The notes under the pieces: generated by a model
What the model was told of the DNA's origin: nothing
Database searches by the model: none
The model's input: the letters and a program-made list of their open reading frames with translations, nothing else
Source of the DNA: an uncultured Oscillospiraceae bacterium
Lineage (GTDB): Bacteria > Bacillota > Clostridia > Saccharofermentanales > Saccharofermentanaceae
NCBI GenBank assembly: GCA_964518595.1
Contig: CAZFHA010000022.1
Location: forward strand, 9 to 64,008
Reading direction: 5' to 3'
DNA length: 64,000 bases
In this document: positions 29,851-39,773 of the stretch, piece after piece
Layout of the letters: each line of letters opens with the position of its first letter
Numbering within the stretch: position 1 is the stretch's first letter
Translations under genes and position numbers: made by a program

Positions 29851-30204
29851 ATGGATTTGGTTAAGGCAATTGAGCAGGATAATCTGCGCAGCGGCTTTCC
29901 GGAGGTTAACGTCGGTGATTACGTTAAAGTTCATTTGAAGATTAAAGAAGGCTCTCGTGAGCGTGTTCAGGTTTTCGATGGCTACGTAATTGCAAGAAAA
30001 GGCGGTGGCTTATCTGAGACAATGACGGTAAGACGTCTATCCCACGGTGTTGGAGTAGAGCGTATTTTACCAGTACATTCTCCTAAGATTGAGAAGATTG
30101 AAATTGTTAGAAAAGGTCGTGTTAGAAGGGCTAAGCTTTATTATCTCCGGGATCGGGTTGGTAAGTCAGCCAAGATTACTGAGAAATTGGCTAAGCGTTC
30201 TTAA
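29851..30204 (+). CDS. rplS: 50S ribosomal protein L19
   Basis: [36 protein letters not shown]. Confidence 0.97.
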   Translation: MDLVKAIEQDNLRSGFPEVNVGDYVKVHLKIKEGSRERVQVFDGYVIARKGGGLSETMTVRRLSHGVGVERILPVHSPKIEKIEIVRKGRVRRAKLYYLRDRVGKSAKITEKLAKRS

Positions 30205-30225
30205 TTGGATAGTTTTTAGCAAAGT

Positions 30226-30271
30226 AACTGCCCTGGATTGGTTTAGCTGATCCCGGGCAGTTTTACGTTTT
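30226..30271 (+). terminator. Intrinsic terminator after rplS
   Basis: 13-position stem AACTGCCCTGGAT/ATCCCGGGCAGTT with one mismatch and an 11-nt loop, followed by TTTTACGTTTT. Confidence 0.7.
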
Positions 30272-30286
30272 ATAAGGAGCATAGAA

Positions 30287-31192
30287 ATGACAGCAGATAT
30301 TCAGTGGTTTCCCGGGCATATGAAGAAAGCTTTGCGCTTAATTTCTGAACAGCTAGATTTAGTTGACATGGTGATAGAGACTTGCGATGCCCGCATTCCT
30401 TTGGCCAGTAGGAACAATGATCTAAACAGTGTTCTACGTCAAAAACCCAGACTCCTGGTGCTGAATAAAGCCGATTTGGCCGACGATACAGTGACAAATG
30501 AATGGCTGGATTGGTATAGACAAGAGAATTTAGTTGGGGTTGCCTGTAATGCAGGTCAGAAAAAGGGGCTAGAAGCGGTAAGACGTGAAGCCACTCGGAT
30601 GTGCGCTGATATGCTGCAGCGGGCTCATAACAAAGGTCGAATGGGCAGAAGTGTCCGTGCTATGGTGGTGGGAATACCTAATTCCGGAAAATCCACGTTG
30701 ATTAATGCCTTATGCAATCGAAAAATTGCTGTGACGGGAGACCGACCGGGGGTTACCCGTGGCTTTCAGTGGGCTCGTTCTGATAGCGGTCTGGAGCTTA
30801 TGGATATGCCGGGAATCTTGCCGCCCAAACTAGGGAATCGCCATAGCCAACTTTGTCTGGCTTTAACAGGGGCAGTTAAGCTTGAAGTGGTGGACAGTGT
30901 TACTGTTGCAGTAGAAGGTCTGGCACTACTACGGAAATTATATCCGGCTTTATTACTGGAGCGTTATAAGATTCAAGAAGAAGCCTTCTTTGATGAAGCA
31001 AATACCGAATATGATCTTTTTCTCATGGCAGCAAAGAGTCGAGGCTGTCTCTTGTCGGGTGGACGTATTGATGAAGAGCGTTTTGCCAATCTTTTTCTGG
31101 ATGATTACCGTAGCGGTAGAATAGGTGCTATCAGTTTGGAGCGCCCGGAGATTTTGACAAGACATAAGAAGGAGACTAAAAATGACAGCTAA
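30287..31192 (+). CDS. rbgA: Ribosome biogenesis GTPase A (YlqF)
   Basis: Circularly permuted GTPase. Motifs: IQWFPGHMKKA, LNKADL, GIPNSGKSTLIN and DMPGIL. Confidence 0.92.
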   Translation: MTADIQWFPGHMKKALRLISEQLDLVDMVIETCDARIPLASRNNDLNSVLRQKPRLLVLNKADLADDTVTNEWLDWYRQENLVGVACNAGQKKGLEAVRREATRMCADMLQRAHNKGRMGRSVRAMVVGIPNSGKSTLINALCNRKIAVTGDRPGVTRGFQWARSDSGLELMDMPGILPPKLGNRHSQLCLALTGAVKLEVVDSVTVAVEGLALLRKLYPALLLERYKIQEEAFFDEANTEYDLFLMAAKSRGCLLSGGRIDEERFANLFLDDYRSGRIGAISLERPEILTRHKKETKNDS

Positions 31193-31814
31193 AGAGCAAA
31201 AATTGCTGGAAAAGTATCAAGAAATGTCCTTTTATGAGGCCAAAATCAGTCAGGAAGGGTATAGTCTTATTGCTGGTATTGATGAGGCTGGTCGTGGACC
31301 CTTGGCGGGCCCGGTAGTGGCCGCAGCTTGTATCTTAGATCCGCAAAGGCCTATATATGGTTTAGATGATTCAAAAAAGCTTTCTGAAAAGAAACGCGAG
31401 TTGCTCTTCACGGAGATAGAAGAAAAGGCTTTGGCTTATGAGGTGGTTATAGTCCCGGCAGAAGAAATTGACGAAATTAATATTCTTAATGCCACTAAAA
31501 AAGCTATGTATGCCTGTGTCAAGAATCTTTCATTGCAGCCTGATTTTATTTTGATTGATGCGGTGGAGCTTAAAGACTTATCTTTGCCTTATCAGGCTAT
31601 CATTGGCGGTGATAGTAAATCTAACTCAATTGCAGCAGCATCTATTTTGGCTAAGGTTAGCCGGGATCGAATTATGGTTGAAATGGATCAAAGATATCCG
31701 GGCTATGAGTTTTCCCGTCATAAGGGGTATGGTACTAAAATACATTATGCCGCTCTAGAAGCCTTGGGTTTGTGTCCGATTCATCGTCGCAGTTTCCTAA
31801 AAAAACTTCTTTAA
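31182..31814 (+). CDS. rnhB: Ribonuclease HII
   Basis: IAGIDEAGRGPLAGPVV, DDSKKLS, IGGDSKS.SIAAASILAKV and GYG. Confidence 0.93.
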   Translation: MTAKEQKLLEKYQEMSFYEAKISQEGYSLIAGIDEAGRGPLAGPVVAAACILDPQRPIYGLDDSKKLSEKKRELLFTEIEEKALAYEVVIVPAEEIDEINILNATKKAMYACVKNLSLQPDFILIDAVELKDLSLPYQAIIGGDSKSNSIAAASILAKVSRDRIMVEMDQRYPGYEFSRHKGYGTKIHYAALEALGLCPIHRRSFLKKLL

Positions 31815-31915
31815 GAGCAGCCAGGTGGTTGTTCTTTTTTTATAGTTTTTGTCGAAATAAATTTGCGTTCTCACGGAACTACAATCTTATAATGTTTCCG
31901 TGGGAGGTGGAGATT

Positions 31916-32287
31916 ATGAATCAACCCCGTAAACAGCAAGCTGTTGGACGTTGGGCAGAGGATCTGGTTTTGCGGGTCTTTTTAAAGAGTGGCTATCATT
32001 TCCTGTGGCGTAATTATCTGGTTCCATCCTTGGGCGAGCTGGATTTGGTATTTAGTAAGAATCAAAGTATACATATTGTTGAGGTTAAGAGTCGAAAGAG
32101 CGATGATTTGGAATTTGGCGGTGCTACAGCTATTAACGGTCATAAGAGATATAAGCTCAGGCGCGCAGCAGCTGTTTTTTTGCAGCGGGAGTCCTATGGT
32201 GGTTGGGATGTCCATTTTTGGGGGGCTATTCTGGAACATTCTGTCACAGGAGAATTTGTCAACCTCTCAATTTTGCCGATTTTTTAG
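31916..32287 (+). CDS. yraN: YraN/UPF0102 family endonuclease-like protein
   Basis: GRWAEDLV...GELDLVF...HIVEVKSR. The ATG at 31916 follows GGGAGGTGGAG. The ORF-track extension overlaps rnhB. Confidence 0.8.
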   Translation: MNQPRKQQAVGRWAEDLVLRVFLKSGYHFLWRNYLVPSLGELDLVFSKNQSIHIVEVKSRKSDDLEFGGATAINGHKRYKLRRAAAVFLQRESYGGWDVHFWGAILEHSVTGEFVNLSILPIF

Positions 32288-32336
32288 TTGCTCCGTAATA
32301 ATTTGCAAAATTTTAAAGATAAATCCTGCAGGATGG

Positions 32337-32366
32337 TTGAGTTTCGCCTTCAAAATAGTCTATAAT
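32337..32366 (+). promoter_or_regulatory. Candidate promoter of the aminotransferase-purB unit
   Basis: TTGAGT, an 18-nt spacer, then TATAAT. Confidence 0.55.
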
Positions 32367-32481
32367 ACAAAAGATGCTTAGAGCAAATTTCTTGAAGATT
32401 GCAAGACAAGGCTGATTTTCTTTCTTGGCTGAGGCTTTAAGCAGTGAAAATGAATCTTTAACAGAACACGGGGGACGAGAA

Positions 32482-33768
32482 ATGAACGTGCTGACTAAAA
32501 TGAACCATTCTGAACTTATGCGTGCGAAAGATCACTTGACCAAGGAGTATGAAGATCACAAGGGAAAGAAACTTTCTCTTGATATGACTCGCGGTAAGCC
32601 CTGCTCTGAGCAGCTTGATTTAAGTAAGGATATGCTGACGGTATTGGGTACCGGTGATGTTGCTTCAAAAGATGGTACTGATTGTCGTAATTATGGTTTG
32701 ACAGCAGGTATTATGGAATCTCGTGAGATTTTTGCCGATATACTGGGTATCTCAGCACAGCAGGTAGTCGTAGGTAATAATTCCAGTTTAGCTCTTATGC
32801 ATGACGCACTGGTAAGAGCCTTGCTTTTCGGCGAAATTGAATCAGATAAGCCTTGGTCACAAGAAACGAAGCGTAAATGGCTTTGCCCCGTGCCGGGATA
32901 CGATCGTCATTTTTTACTCACGGAGACTTTAGGTTTTGAACTAATTCCTGTACCAATGACCTCTGAGGGTCCGGATATGGATGTGGTGGAAGCCTTAGTC
33001 GCCAAAGATGCTTCAATCAAAGGCATGTGGTGTGTGCCTCTATATAGTAATCCAGACGGCTATATCTATTCTGCGGCCGTATGTGAGCGTTTGGCAGCTA
33101 TGAAGACTGCTGCGCTGGATTTCCGCGTTTTTTGGGATAATGCCTATGTGGTGCATCATTTATACCAAGATAAACAAGGTTCAATTCCAGAGATTTTATC
33201 CTTAGCCGCTAAAGCTGGAAATCCAAACCGCTTCTACCAATTTGCCTCAACCTCCAAAGTAACTTTAGCCGGAGCCGGGATTAGTGCCATTTCTTCTAAC
33301 ACAGATAATGTAGCCAGAATTATGAAATATTTGTCTGTGCAGACCATTGGCCCGGACAAGATTAACGGACTACGTCATGCCCGCTTCCTTAAGGATAGAG
33401 AGGGTTTGGAAATTTTGATGCAAAAGCATAGTGATATTATTCGCCCCAAATTCGAAAAAGTATTGGCGATTCTTGATACTGAGCTTTCGGGAACAGAAGC
33501 GGCTTGGTGGAATAAACCTTTGGGTGGATATTTTGTAAGTCTATATGTCTACCCTAAAACTGCTAAGCGAGTGGTTACTTTGGCTAAAGAAGCCGGGGTT
33601 GCCTTAACGCCTGCCGGGTCGACCTTCCCCCATGGTCATGACCCCAAAGATGAGAACATCAGAATTGCTCCCACCTTTCCTAAGATTGAGGATGTGGAGA
33701 AAGCTATGTATGTCTTAACGACTTGCGTGAAATTGGCCGCTGTAGAGCAACTCTTGTTGGAGGTTTAA
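32482..33768 (+). CDS. PLP-dependent aminotransferase (fold type I, aspartate-aminotransferase-like)
   Basis: [16 protein letters not shown] near the N terminus and a candidate PLP-lysine motif FASTSKVT. About 430 aa. I prefer the start at the ATG at 32482 (MNVLTK). Confidence 0.65.
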   Translation: MNVLTKMNHSELMRAKDHLTKEYEDHKGKKLSLDMTRGKPCSEQLDLSKDMLTVLGTGDVASKDGTDCRNYGLTAGIMESREIFADILGISAQQVVVGNNSSLALMHDALVRALLFGEIESDKPWSQETKRKWLCPVPGYDRHFLLTETLGFELIPVPMTSEGPDMDVVEALVAKDASIKGMWCVPLYSNPDGYIYSAAVCERLAAMKTAALDFRVFWDNAYVVHHLYQDKQGSIPEILSLAAKAGNPNRFYQFASTSKVTLAGAGISAISSNTDNVARIMKYLSVQTIGPDKINGLRHARFLKDREGLEILMQKHSDIIRPKFEKVLAILDTELSGTEAAWWNKPLGGYFVSLYVYPKTAKRVVTLAKEAGVALTPAGSTFPHGHDPKDENIRIAPTFPKIEDVEKAMYVLTTCVKLAAVEQLLLEV

Positions 33769-33770
33769 TT

Positions 33771-35213
33771 ATGTCAACGGATAAGCCAAGCTATGAAAGC
33801 CCACTGAATTCTCGTTATGCCAGTAAACAGATGCAGTTTGTCTTTTCCCCTGACAACAAATTTCGTACTTGGCGGAGGTTATGGATTGCTTTAGCCGAAT
33901 CTGAGAAGGAATTAGGTCTTCCTATAACCCAAGAGCAGATTGATGAGCTCAAGGAATTTCAAGAGCAGATTAATTACGAAGTAGCAGCTAAGGCAGAAAA
34001 GCAAGTGCGTCATGATGTTATGGCTCATGTTCATGCTTATGGAGAACAGTGCCCTAAGGCAAGACCGATTATTCACTTGGGAGCTACTTCCTGCTATGTG
34101 GGTGATAATACGGATATTTTGCTTATGCGTGATGCCTTAGACTTAGTTATGAAACGGCTTTTAAAGATTATTGGCTTGTTGGCAGAATTTTGCGATGCCA
34201 ATAAATCCTTACCTACTTTAGGCTTTACACATTTTCAGCCAGCTCAATTAGTTACTGTTGGGAAACGAGCGAGTCTTTGGCTACAGGATCTAATCTTTGA
34301 CTTTGAGGAACTGCAGTTTGTTAAAGCCAATCTTAAACTTCTTGGGTGCAAGGGAACTACTGGAACACAGGCGAGCTTCCTTAATTTATTTCATGGCGAC
34401 CATGAGAAAGTAATTACCTTGGAACGCTTGATTGCTGAAAAAGTAGGCTTTAGTGCTACCTATGAGGTGAGTGGACAAACCTATTCCCGAAAGGTAGATG
34501 CTCGGGTTTTGAATGTGCTGTCGGCTATTGCCCAGAGTGCCCATAAATTTAGTAATGATATTCGCTTACTTCAGCATTTGAAAGAAATTGAAGAGCCCTT
34601 TGAGAAGGATCAAATAGGCTCTTCAGCCATGGCCTATAAGCGGAATCCTATGAGAACTGAGCGAATTGCCTCTTTGTCTAGGTATGTTTTAACTACTGCA
34701 GAGAACCCAGCATTAACAGCTGCTGCCCAGTGGTTTGAAAGAACCCTAGATGATTCTGCTAATAAGCGAATCAGTGTTCCAGAAGCCTTTCTGGCTACGG
34801 ATGCGATTTTAGCCCTTTATGAGAATGTTGTTTCCGGTCTGGTAATTTATCCCGGAGTGATCCATAAGCATATTATGGAAGAGTTACCCTTCATGGCCAC
34901 AGAAAACATTTTGATGGAGGCTGTTTCTCATGGTGGAGACCGTCAAGATCTTCATGAAAGAATCCGCGTGCACTCCATGGCGGCAGCGGAGCGGGTAAAA
35001 AAACAGGGGCTTAATAATGATCTGTTAGAGCGTATTGCCGCTGATCCTGCCTTTGGTTTAACAGAAGCATCTTTAGGTTCTTTGCTAGAGCCGACACTCT
35101 ATATTGGTAGATCAGCAGAGCAGGTAACCGAATTTTTAGAAGGTTCCGTACGTCCTCTACTTCAGAAATATGCTCAAGAAGAAATCTTGCCGGATGCTGA
35201 AATACACGTGTAA
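33771..35213 (+). CDS. purB: Adenylosuccinate lyase
   Basis: [14 protein letters not shown]..., GATSCYV, and the fumarate-lyase signature [16 protein letters not shown] lies 8 nt before the ATG at 33771. Confidence 0.93.
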   Translation: MSTDKPSYESPLNSRYASKQMQFVFSPDNKFRTWRRLWIALAESEKELGLPITQEQIDELKEFQEQINYEVAAKAEKQVRHDVMAHVHAYGEQCPKARPIIHLGATSCYVGDNTDILLMRDALDLVMKRLLKIIGLLAEFCDANKSLPTLGFTHFQPAQLVTVGKRASLWLQDLIFDFEELQFVKANLKLLGCKGTTGTQASFLNLFHGDHEKVITLERLIAEKVGFSATYEVSGQTYSRKVDARVLNVLSAIAQSAHKFSNDIRLLQHLKEIEEPFEKDQIGSSAMAYKRNPMRTERIASLSRYVLTTAENPALTAAAQWFERTLDDSANKRISVPEAFLATDAILALYENVVSGLVIYPGVIHKHIMEELPFMATENILMEAVSHGGDRQDLHERIRVHSMAAAERVKKQGLNNDLLERIAADPAFGLTEASLGSLLEPTLYIGRSAEQVTEFLEGSVRPLLQKYAQEEILPDAEIHV

Positions 35214-35253
35214 GTGTTAATAACAAGTCCCTTACATGTAGGAGGATACGAAA

Positions 35254-36393
35254 CTGGTTTATTTAGATAACTGCGCAACTACTCAGCCCTTGCCGGAGGT
35301 GCTTGAGGTAGCGGCCACTTCATTACAAGATCCTGAGCTATTTGCTAATCCTGACTCGATTCACCGATTAGGACTAAAGGCTGCCGGTGAAATGAGGCTG
35401 GCAGCAAAAAATATTGCTGAAAGACTGCACTGCTTGCCGGAAGAAATTATTTTTACTTCCGGCGGCAGTGAATCTATTAATACTGCACTCAGGGGCTTTA
35501 TTGAGGCTAATTCTTCTGTAGGTAATCATATCATTTCTACGAAAACAGAGCATAAGGCAACCCTAGAGGTTTTACGTTTTCTTTCAGAGTACGGTTATGA
35601 AGTGACGTATTTACCCGTTGATAAATGGGGAGCTATTTCTTTGGCGGACTTTAAGGCGGCTCTCCGATCGAATACAATAGCTATCAGTTTTACTCATGTA
35701 AATAATGAAACTGGAGCTATATTGGAAGACGTTGCCAGTTTAGCAGCTTGCAAGAAGTTAATTGCACCTAGAGCAGCTTTTCACCTTGATTGTGTTCAAT
35801 CATTAGGTAAGCTCCCAATATCCTTAGGGCAGTGGGGCGTGGATTTAGCATCCTTCTCCGGTCATAAAATCCATGGACTGAAGGGCGTAGGTATCCTGTA
35901 TCAACGCAAGGGCTGTAGAATCGAACCGCTTATTTTAGGCGGCGGACAGCAAGGCGGAAGGCGTTCCGGTACACAAAGCCTATTTCTGGCTCAAAGTATG
36001 GCACTGGCTTTGACATTGGCAGAGGAGAGACGAGGGCATGCTTATGAAAAGGTTGCCAGGCTTAAACAACTCTTTATTGAGACCATTGCCGAGCTGAATC
36101 CAACAATTAACTCTCCCCAAGAAGGCTCACCATATATTCTGAATCTATCTCTCGCTGATCTTCAAGCAGAGACTTTACTTCATGCCTTAGAAGAAGAAGC
36201 GGTTTATATTTCTACCGTTTCTGCCTGTGCTTCTCGTAAGCAAAGGATTAGTCATGTTTTAGCTGCCATGGGAATTGATCGAAATATAGCCGCCAGAGCT
36301 ATTCGGATCAGTTTTTCCGCTTTTACGACGGAAGAAGAAATTATTTTTGCTGCCAAAGCTCTTAAAAATGTATATAATAGATACCGTATCTAA
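35254..36393 (+). CDS. Class V aminotransferase / cysteine desulfurase (NifZ/IscS-like, paired with thiI); probable CTG start
   Basis: PLP motif FSGHKIHGLKGVG and candidate active-site Cys in VSACAS. The conserved N-terminal VYLDNCATTQP lies upstream of the first canonical start (TTG at 35290) and downstream of an in-frame TAG. AGGAGG lies 8 nt before the CTG at 35254. Confidence 0.8.
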   Translation: MVYLDNCATTQPLPEVLEVAATSLQDPELFANPDSIHRLGLKAAGEMRLAAKNIAERLHCLPEEIIFTSGGSESINTALRGFIEANSSVGNHIISTKTEHKATLEVLRFLSEYGYEVTYLPVDKWGAISLADFKAALRSNTIAISFTHVNNETGAILEDVASLAACKKLIAPRAAFHLDCVQSLGKLPISLGQWGVDLASFSGHKIHGLKGVGILYQRKGCRIEPLILGGGQQGGRRSGTQSLFLAQSMALALTLAEERRGHAYEKVARLKQLFIETIAELNPTINSPQEGSPYILNLSLADLQAETLLHALEEEAVYISTVSACASRKQRISHVLAAMGIDRNIAARAIRISFSAFTTEEEIIFAAKALKNVYNRYRI

Positions 36394-36422
36394 ATTTATA
36401 GCAGAATTAGGAGTTTCTATTC

Positions 36423-37655
36423 ATGAAAAACCAAGAGGTCTATCGGGTTGTAATTTTGGCCAGAATCGGAGAAATTGCTTTGAAAGGCCTAAACCGAGGA
36501 CGCTTTGAGCAGCAGCTCATCCAAAACTTAAAATATCGACTTAAGAGTTTAGGAAAATTTCGGATTTTCCAGAGCCAGTCCCGCTTATGGATAGAGCCCC
36601 TTGAAGAAACGGACGCAGAAACTAACGGACAGTCAATTGATCTGGCGGATAGTGATGTTGCGAATAAGATATTAACAGCCGTCACTCAGGTTTTTGGCAT
36701 TGTTTCAGCCAGTCTTGTACGTAAGTTTGATGGTGATATTGAAGAAATACAAAGACAGTCATTAGCCTTTGTAAAGAATTTATTGGATAAACATCCTAAC
36801 TACAAGACCTTTAAAGTAGAATCTAAGCGGTCAGATAAGAGCTTCCCTTTTAATTCGCCGCAGATTTGTCATGCAGTGGGAGGCCATGTGTTATCCCAAA
36901 CTCCGGCATTATCGGTCAATGTAAATTCACCGGATTTTATCTTATATGTTGAAGTTCGCGAGCATATGTATGTTTACAGCGAAAAGATTCTGGGACATCG
37001 AGGCCTTCCTGTGGGTACAGCCGGGCGAGCCATGCTTCTTTTGTCTGGCGGGATTGATAGCCCAGTAGCTGGGTATATGATGGCCAGCCGTGGAATGACC
37101 CTTGAGGCAATTTACTTTCATTCTCACCCCTATACCAGCGAACAAGCTAAGGAGAAAGTAATTGAGTTAGCAAGAATTCTTTCTGGTTTCTCGGGTACCC
37201 TGACACTTCATATTGTCAATTTTACTGATATTCAGCTGGAGCTTTATCGTAATACTCCACAAACCATGCTTACTATTACGATGCGGCGTGTTATGATGCA
37301 AATTGCAGAGAGACTTGCGCAGAAGAATAATTGTAAGGCTCTTATAACCGGTGAAAGCCTGGGGCAAGTGGCGAGCCAGACTCTTGAGGCACTTTGCCTT
37401 ACGAACCAATCTGTAGCCATGCCGGTTTTTCGACCTTTAATTGGTTTAGATAAAGAAGAGGCTGTTGTTTTAGCCCGGCGGATTGGCACCTTTGAAACTT
37501 CCATTCTTCCCTATGAAGACTGTTGTACAGTTTTCGTGGCAAAGCACCCCAAAACTCATCCGACAGTTGCTAATATGATTGCTGCCGAGCAGAATATTGA
37601 TATGGCGGCACTTGTACAAAAGGGTCTGGATTCAATTGAAAGTATTAAGATTTAA
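36423..37655 (+). CDS. thiI: tRNA 4-thiouridine synthase ThiI
   Basis: Ferredoxin-like and THUMP N-terminal domains, with the PP-loop LLLSGGIDSPVAGY. There is no rhodanese domain, as is usual in Firmicutes. Confidence 0.92.
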   Translation: MKNQEVYRVVILARIGEIALKGLNRGRFEQQLIQNLKYRLKSLGKFRIFQSQSRLWIEPLEETDAETNGQSIDLADSDVANKILTAVTQVFGIVSASLVRKFDGDIEEIQRQSLAFVKNLLDKHPNYKTFKVESKRSDKSFPFNSPQICHAVGGHVLSQTPALSVNVNSPDFILYVEVREHMYVYSEKILGHRGLPVGTAGRAMLLLSGGIDSPVAGYMMASRGMTLEAIYFHSHPYTSEQAKEKVIELARILSGFSGTLTLHIVNFTDIQLELYRNTPQTMLTITMRRVMMQIAERLAQKNNCKALITGESLGQVASQTLEALCLTNQSVAMPVFRPLIGLDKEEAVVLARRIGTFETSILPYEDCCTVFVAKHPKTHPTVANMIAAEQNIDMAALVQKGLDSIESIKI

Positions 37656-37687
37656 CCAGTGTAGGAATTGGGCTTAGTGGAGGTCAT

Positions 37688-38731
37688 ATGCAGATCGGGA
37701 AGCTTACAAATGAAGAGTTAACAGAGATTGTCTTAGATCGTTTGCCGGTGGCATCTTCTAAAGTAATCAGCGGTTCAGCCGTGGGGATCGATAGTGCCCG
37801 GATTGATTTAGAATCAGTTATGTTGATGGCCTCCTCCGACCCGGTCACTGCCGGCGGCAGGCAGACGGGACGTCTAGCTATTCATGTCTCATGTAATGAC
37901 ATTGCTGCTGCCGGCGTCAGACCCAGTGGCATTTTGATGGTGATTATTGCTCCACCTAAAACCAGCCGCCAAGACCTAATTGACACTGTGGAGCAAGCCT
38001 CCGCAACAGCTAGAGAATTAGGTATTGATATAGTTGGCGGACACACAGAAATTAGTGATGCTGTAAATCGCCTCATTGTAACCACAACGGCTTTGGGTGC
38101 CGCAGATAAGAGTGATTTAATCCCTAAAGGACAGGCTCAGCTCGGAGACAGCTTACTTATGACAAAAACCGCCGGTATCGAAGGTACTTGGTTAGCCGCG
38201 ATGGAACGGGAAGCAGATTTAAAGGCCTGTGGCCTTGAGGTCTTTGTCCAACAGGCTCAAGCTTTCATCAAAGATTTGAGTGTTGTGAAGGATGGCGTTT
38301 TGGCGGCTTCTTGTCAACCTCGTAGCCGAATAAAGAATTCTCAAGGCTATGGCCTCAGTGCCGTTAATCTTATGCATGATGCCACTGAAGGTGGAATTTT
38401 AGGGGCCGCTTATGAAATGGCGAGCCTGTCAGGGTTAGGTATAGAGGTGTTTGTGGATCAGATCCCTTTGCATGAAGCTACGAATTCACTGAGTAGAGCT
38501 TTGGAGCTTGACCCGTTACGTTTAATTGCTTCTGGCTCTATGCTTATTGCGACACCGCAACCGGAGGATATAATTCGCAAACTATCAGCGCATAATATTC
38601 TTTGCACAGAAATAGGCCGCTTTGTGCAAGAGGGATATTTTGAAAAACATAGTGATGGCAATTTGCTACCGCTTCAAGCACCTAAAGTAGATGAAATCTA
38701 TAAATTGTTTAACAAAGATGTGATGAGCTGA
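37688..38731 (+). CDS. AIR synthase-related (PurM superfamily) protein of unknown specificity
   Basis: PurM-fold motifs DPVTAGG, NDIAAAGVRP, DIVGGHTE and MHDATEGG. It has no HypE C-terminal Cys and no SelD N-terminal Cys/Sec motif. Confidence 0.7.
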   Translation: MQIGKLTNEELTEIVLDRLPVASSKVISGSAVGIDSARIDLESVMLMASSDPVTAGGRQTGRLAIHVSCNDIAAAGVRPSGILMVIIAPPKTSRQDLIDTVEQASATARELGIDIVGGHTEISDAVNRLIVTTTALGAADKSDLIPKGQAQLGDSLLMTKTAGIEGTWLAAMEREADLKACGLEVFVQQAQAFIKDLSVVKDGVLAASCQPRSRIKNSQGYGLSAVNLMHDATEGGILGAAYEMASLSGLGIEVFVDQIPLHEATNSLSRALELDPLRLIASGSMLIATPQPEDIIRKLSAHNILCTEIGRFVQEGYFEKHSDGNLLPLQAPKVDEIYKLFNKDVMS

Positions 38732-38790
38732 GGTAGAAAAAGTGGCCATATACCTTGGTTAGCGTGTTCCAAAGAAAGGGCAGGTACAGT

Positions 38791-39690
38791 ATGCGGATTT
38801 TGCAATTTAGAACAAACCGAAACAATGTCAGTTACGATGCTTTGGGAATTTGGACAGCGGCAGGAATACTTGATGTTCCGGCGGCAGCTGAAAGATTGGG
38901 TATCTTGGTTCCCCGGTCAACAGATGAGCTGATATCCTCTCAAGAAGCTGGTTTAGAAGCCTTAGTTGCTCTGTTGGATGACTTAAAAGCCTCCTCCGTT
39001 AAACAGGAGGACTTATGGCTGGCAGAGGATTCTATTAGCTACCTTCCCATAGTCACCAACCCAGAAAAAATTCTCTGTGTAGGTTTAAATTATCAACCGC
39101 ATGCGGCGGAAATGAAGATGGAGAAGCCCCAGTGGCCGGTGATTTTTAGTAAATACAATAATACTTTGGCAGGGCATAAAGAGAAAGTTTTTTTGCCAGA
39201 AGGTGCTTTCCAGTTTGATTACGAAATTGAACTGGTTATTATTATGGGTAGACAGGCTAATAAGGTCACCGTTGCGGACGCTTTGGGCTATGTCTTTGGC
39301 TATACTATCGGAAATGACTTATCGGCTCGCGACTTACAAATGCGCACAGGACAGTGGCTCATAGGCAAGAGCTGTGATGGCTTTGCTCCGGTAGGCCCCT
39401 ATATTATTCCGGCGGATATTATCACTCCGGATCACTTGGAATTAACTTGTTCTGTTAATGGCCAAAGGGTTCAAAAGGGCAATACTCAGGACATGATTTT
39501 TAGTTGCGCTGAGATTATTAGCTATATATCCCAATATATGACACTGAAACCGGGAGATTTGATTTTTACCGGAACTCCTTCTGGGGTGATTATGGGTAAA
39601 CCCAAAGAACAGCAAATTTGGCTGAAATCCGGGGATCAGATAAGCGCAGAAATCAAAGGCATTGGCTCCTTAGAGACCACCTTGGTGTAG
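38791..39690 (+). CDS. Fumarylacetoacetate hydrolase family protein
   Basis: KILCVGLNY..H..E, YEIELVIIMG, GYTIGNDLSARD, KSCDGFAPVGP and PGDLIFTGTPSGV. Confidence 0.85.
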   Translation: MRILQFRTNRNNVSYDALGIWTAAGILDVPAAAERLGILVPRSTDELISSQEAGLEALVALLDDLKASSVKQEDLWLAEDSISYLPIVTNPEKILCVGLNYQPHAAEMKMEKPQWPVIFSKYNNTLAGHKEKVFLPEGAFQFDYEIELVIIMGRQANKVTVADALGYVFGYTIGNDLSARDLQMRTGQWLIGKSCDGFAPVGPYIIPADIITPDHLELTCSVNGQRVQKGNTQDMIFSCAEIISYISQYMTLKPGDLIFTGTPSGVIMGKPKEQQIWLKSGDQISAEIKGIGSLETTLV

Positions 39691-39773
39691 TTTTACATTC
39701 TTTACCCAAGAAAGAAATTTCGTTAGAATAAGAGAGCGTATGGATCATAATCGAAAATTAGAGGAGGCAGTAC

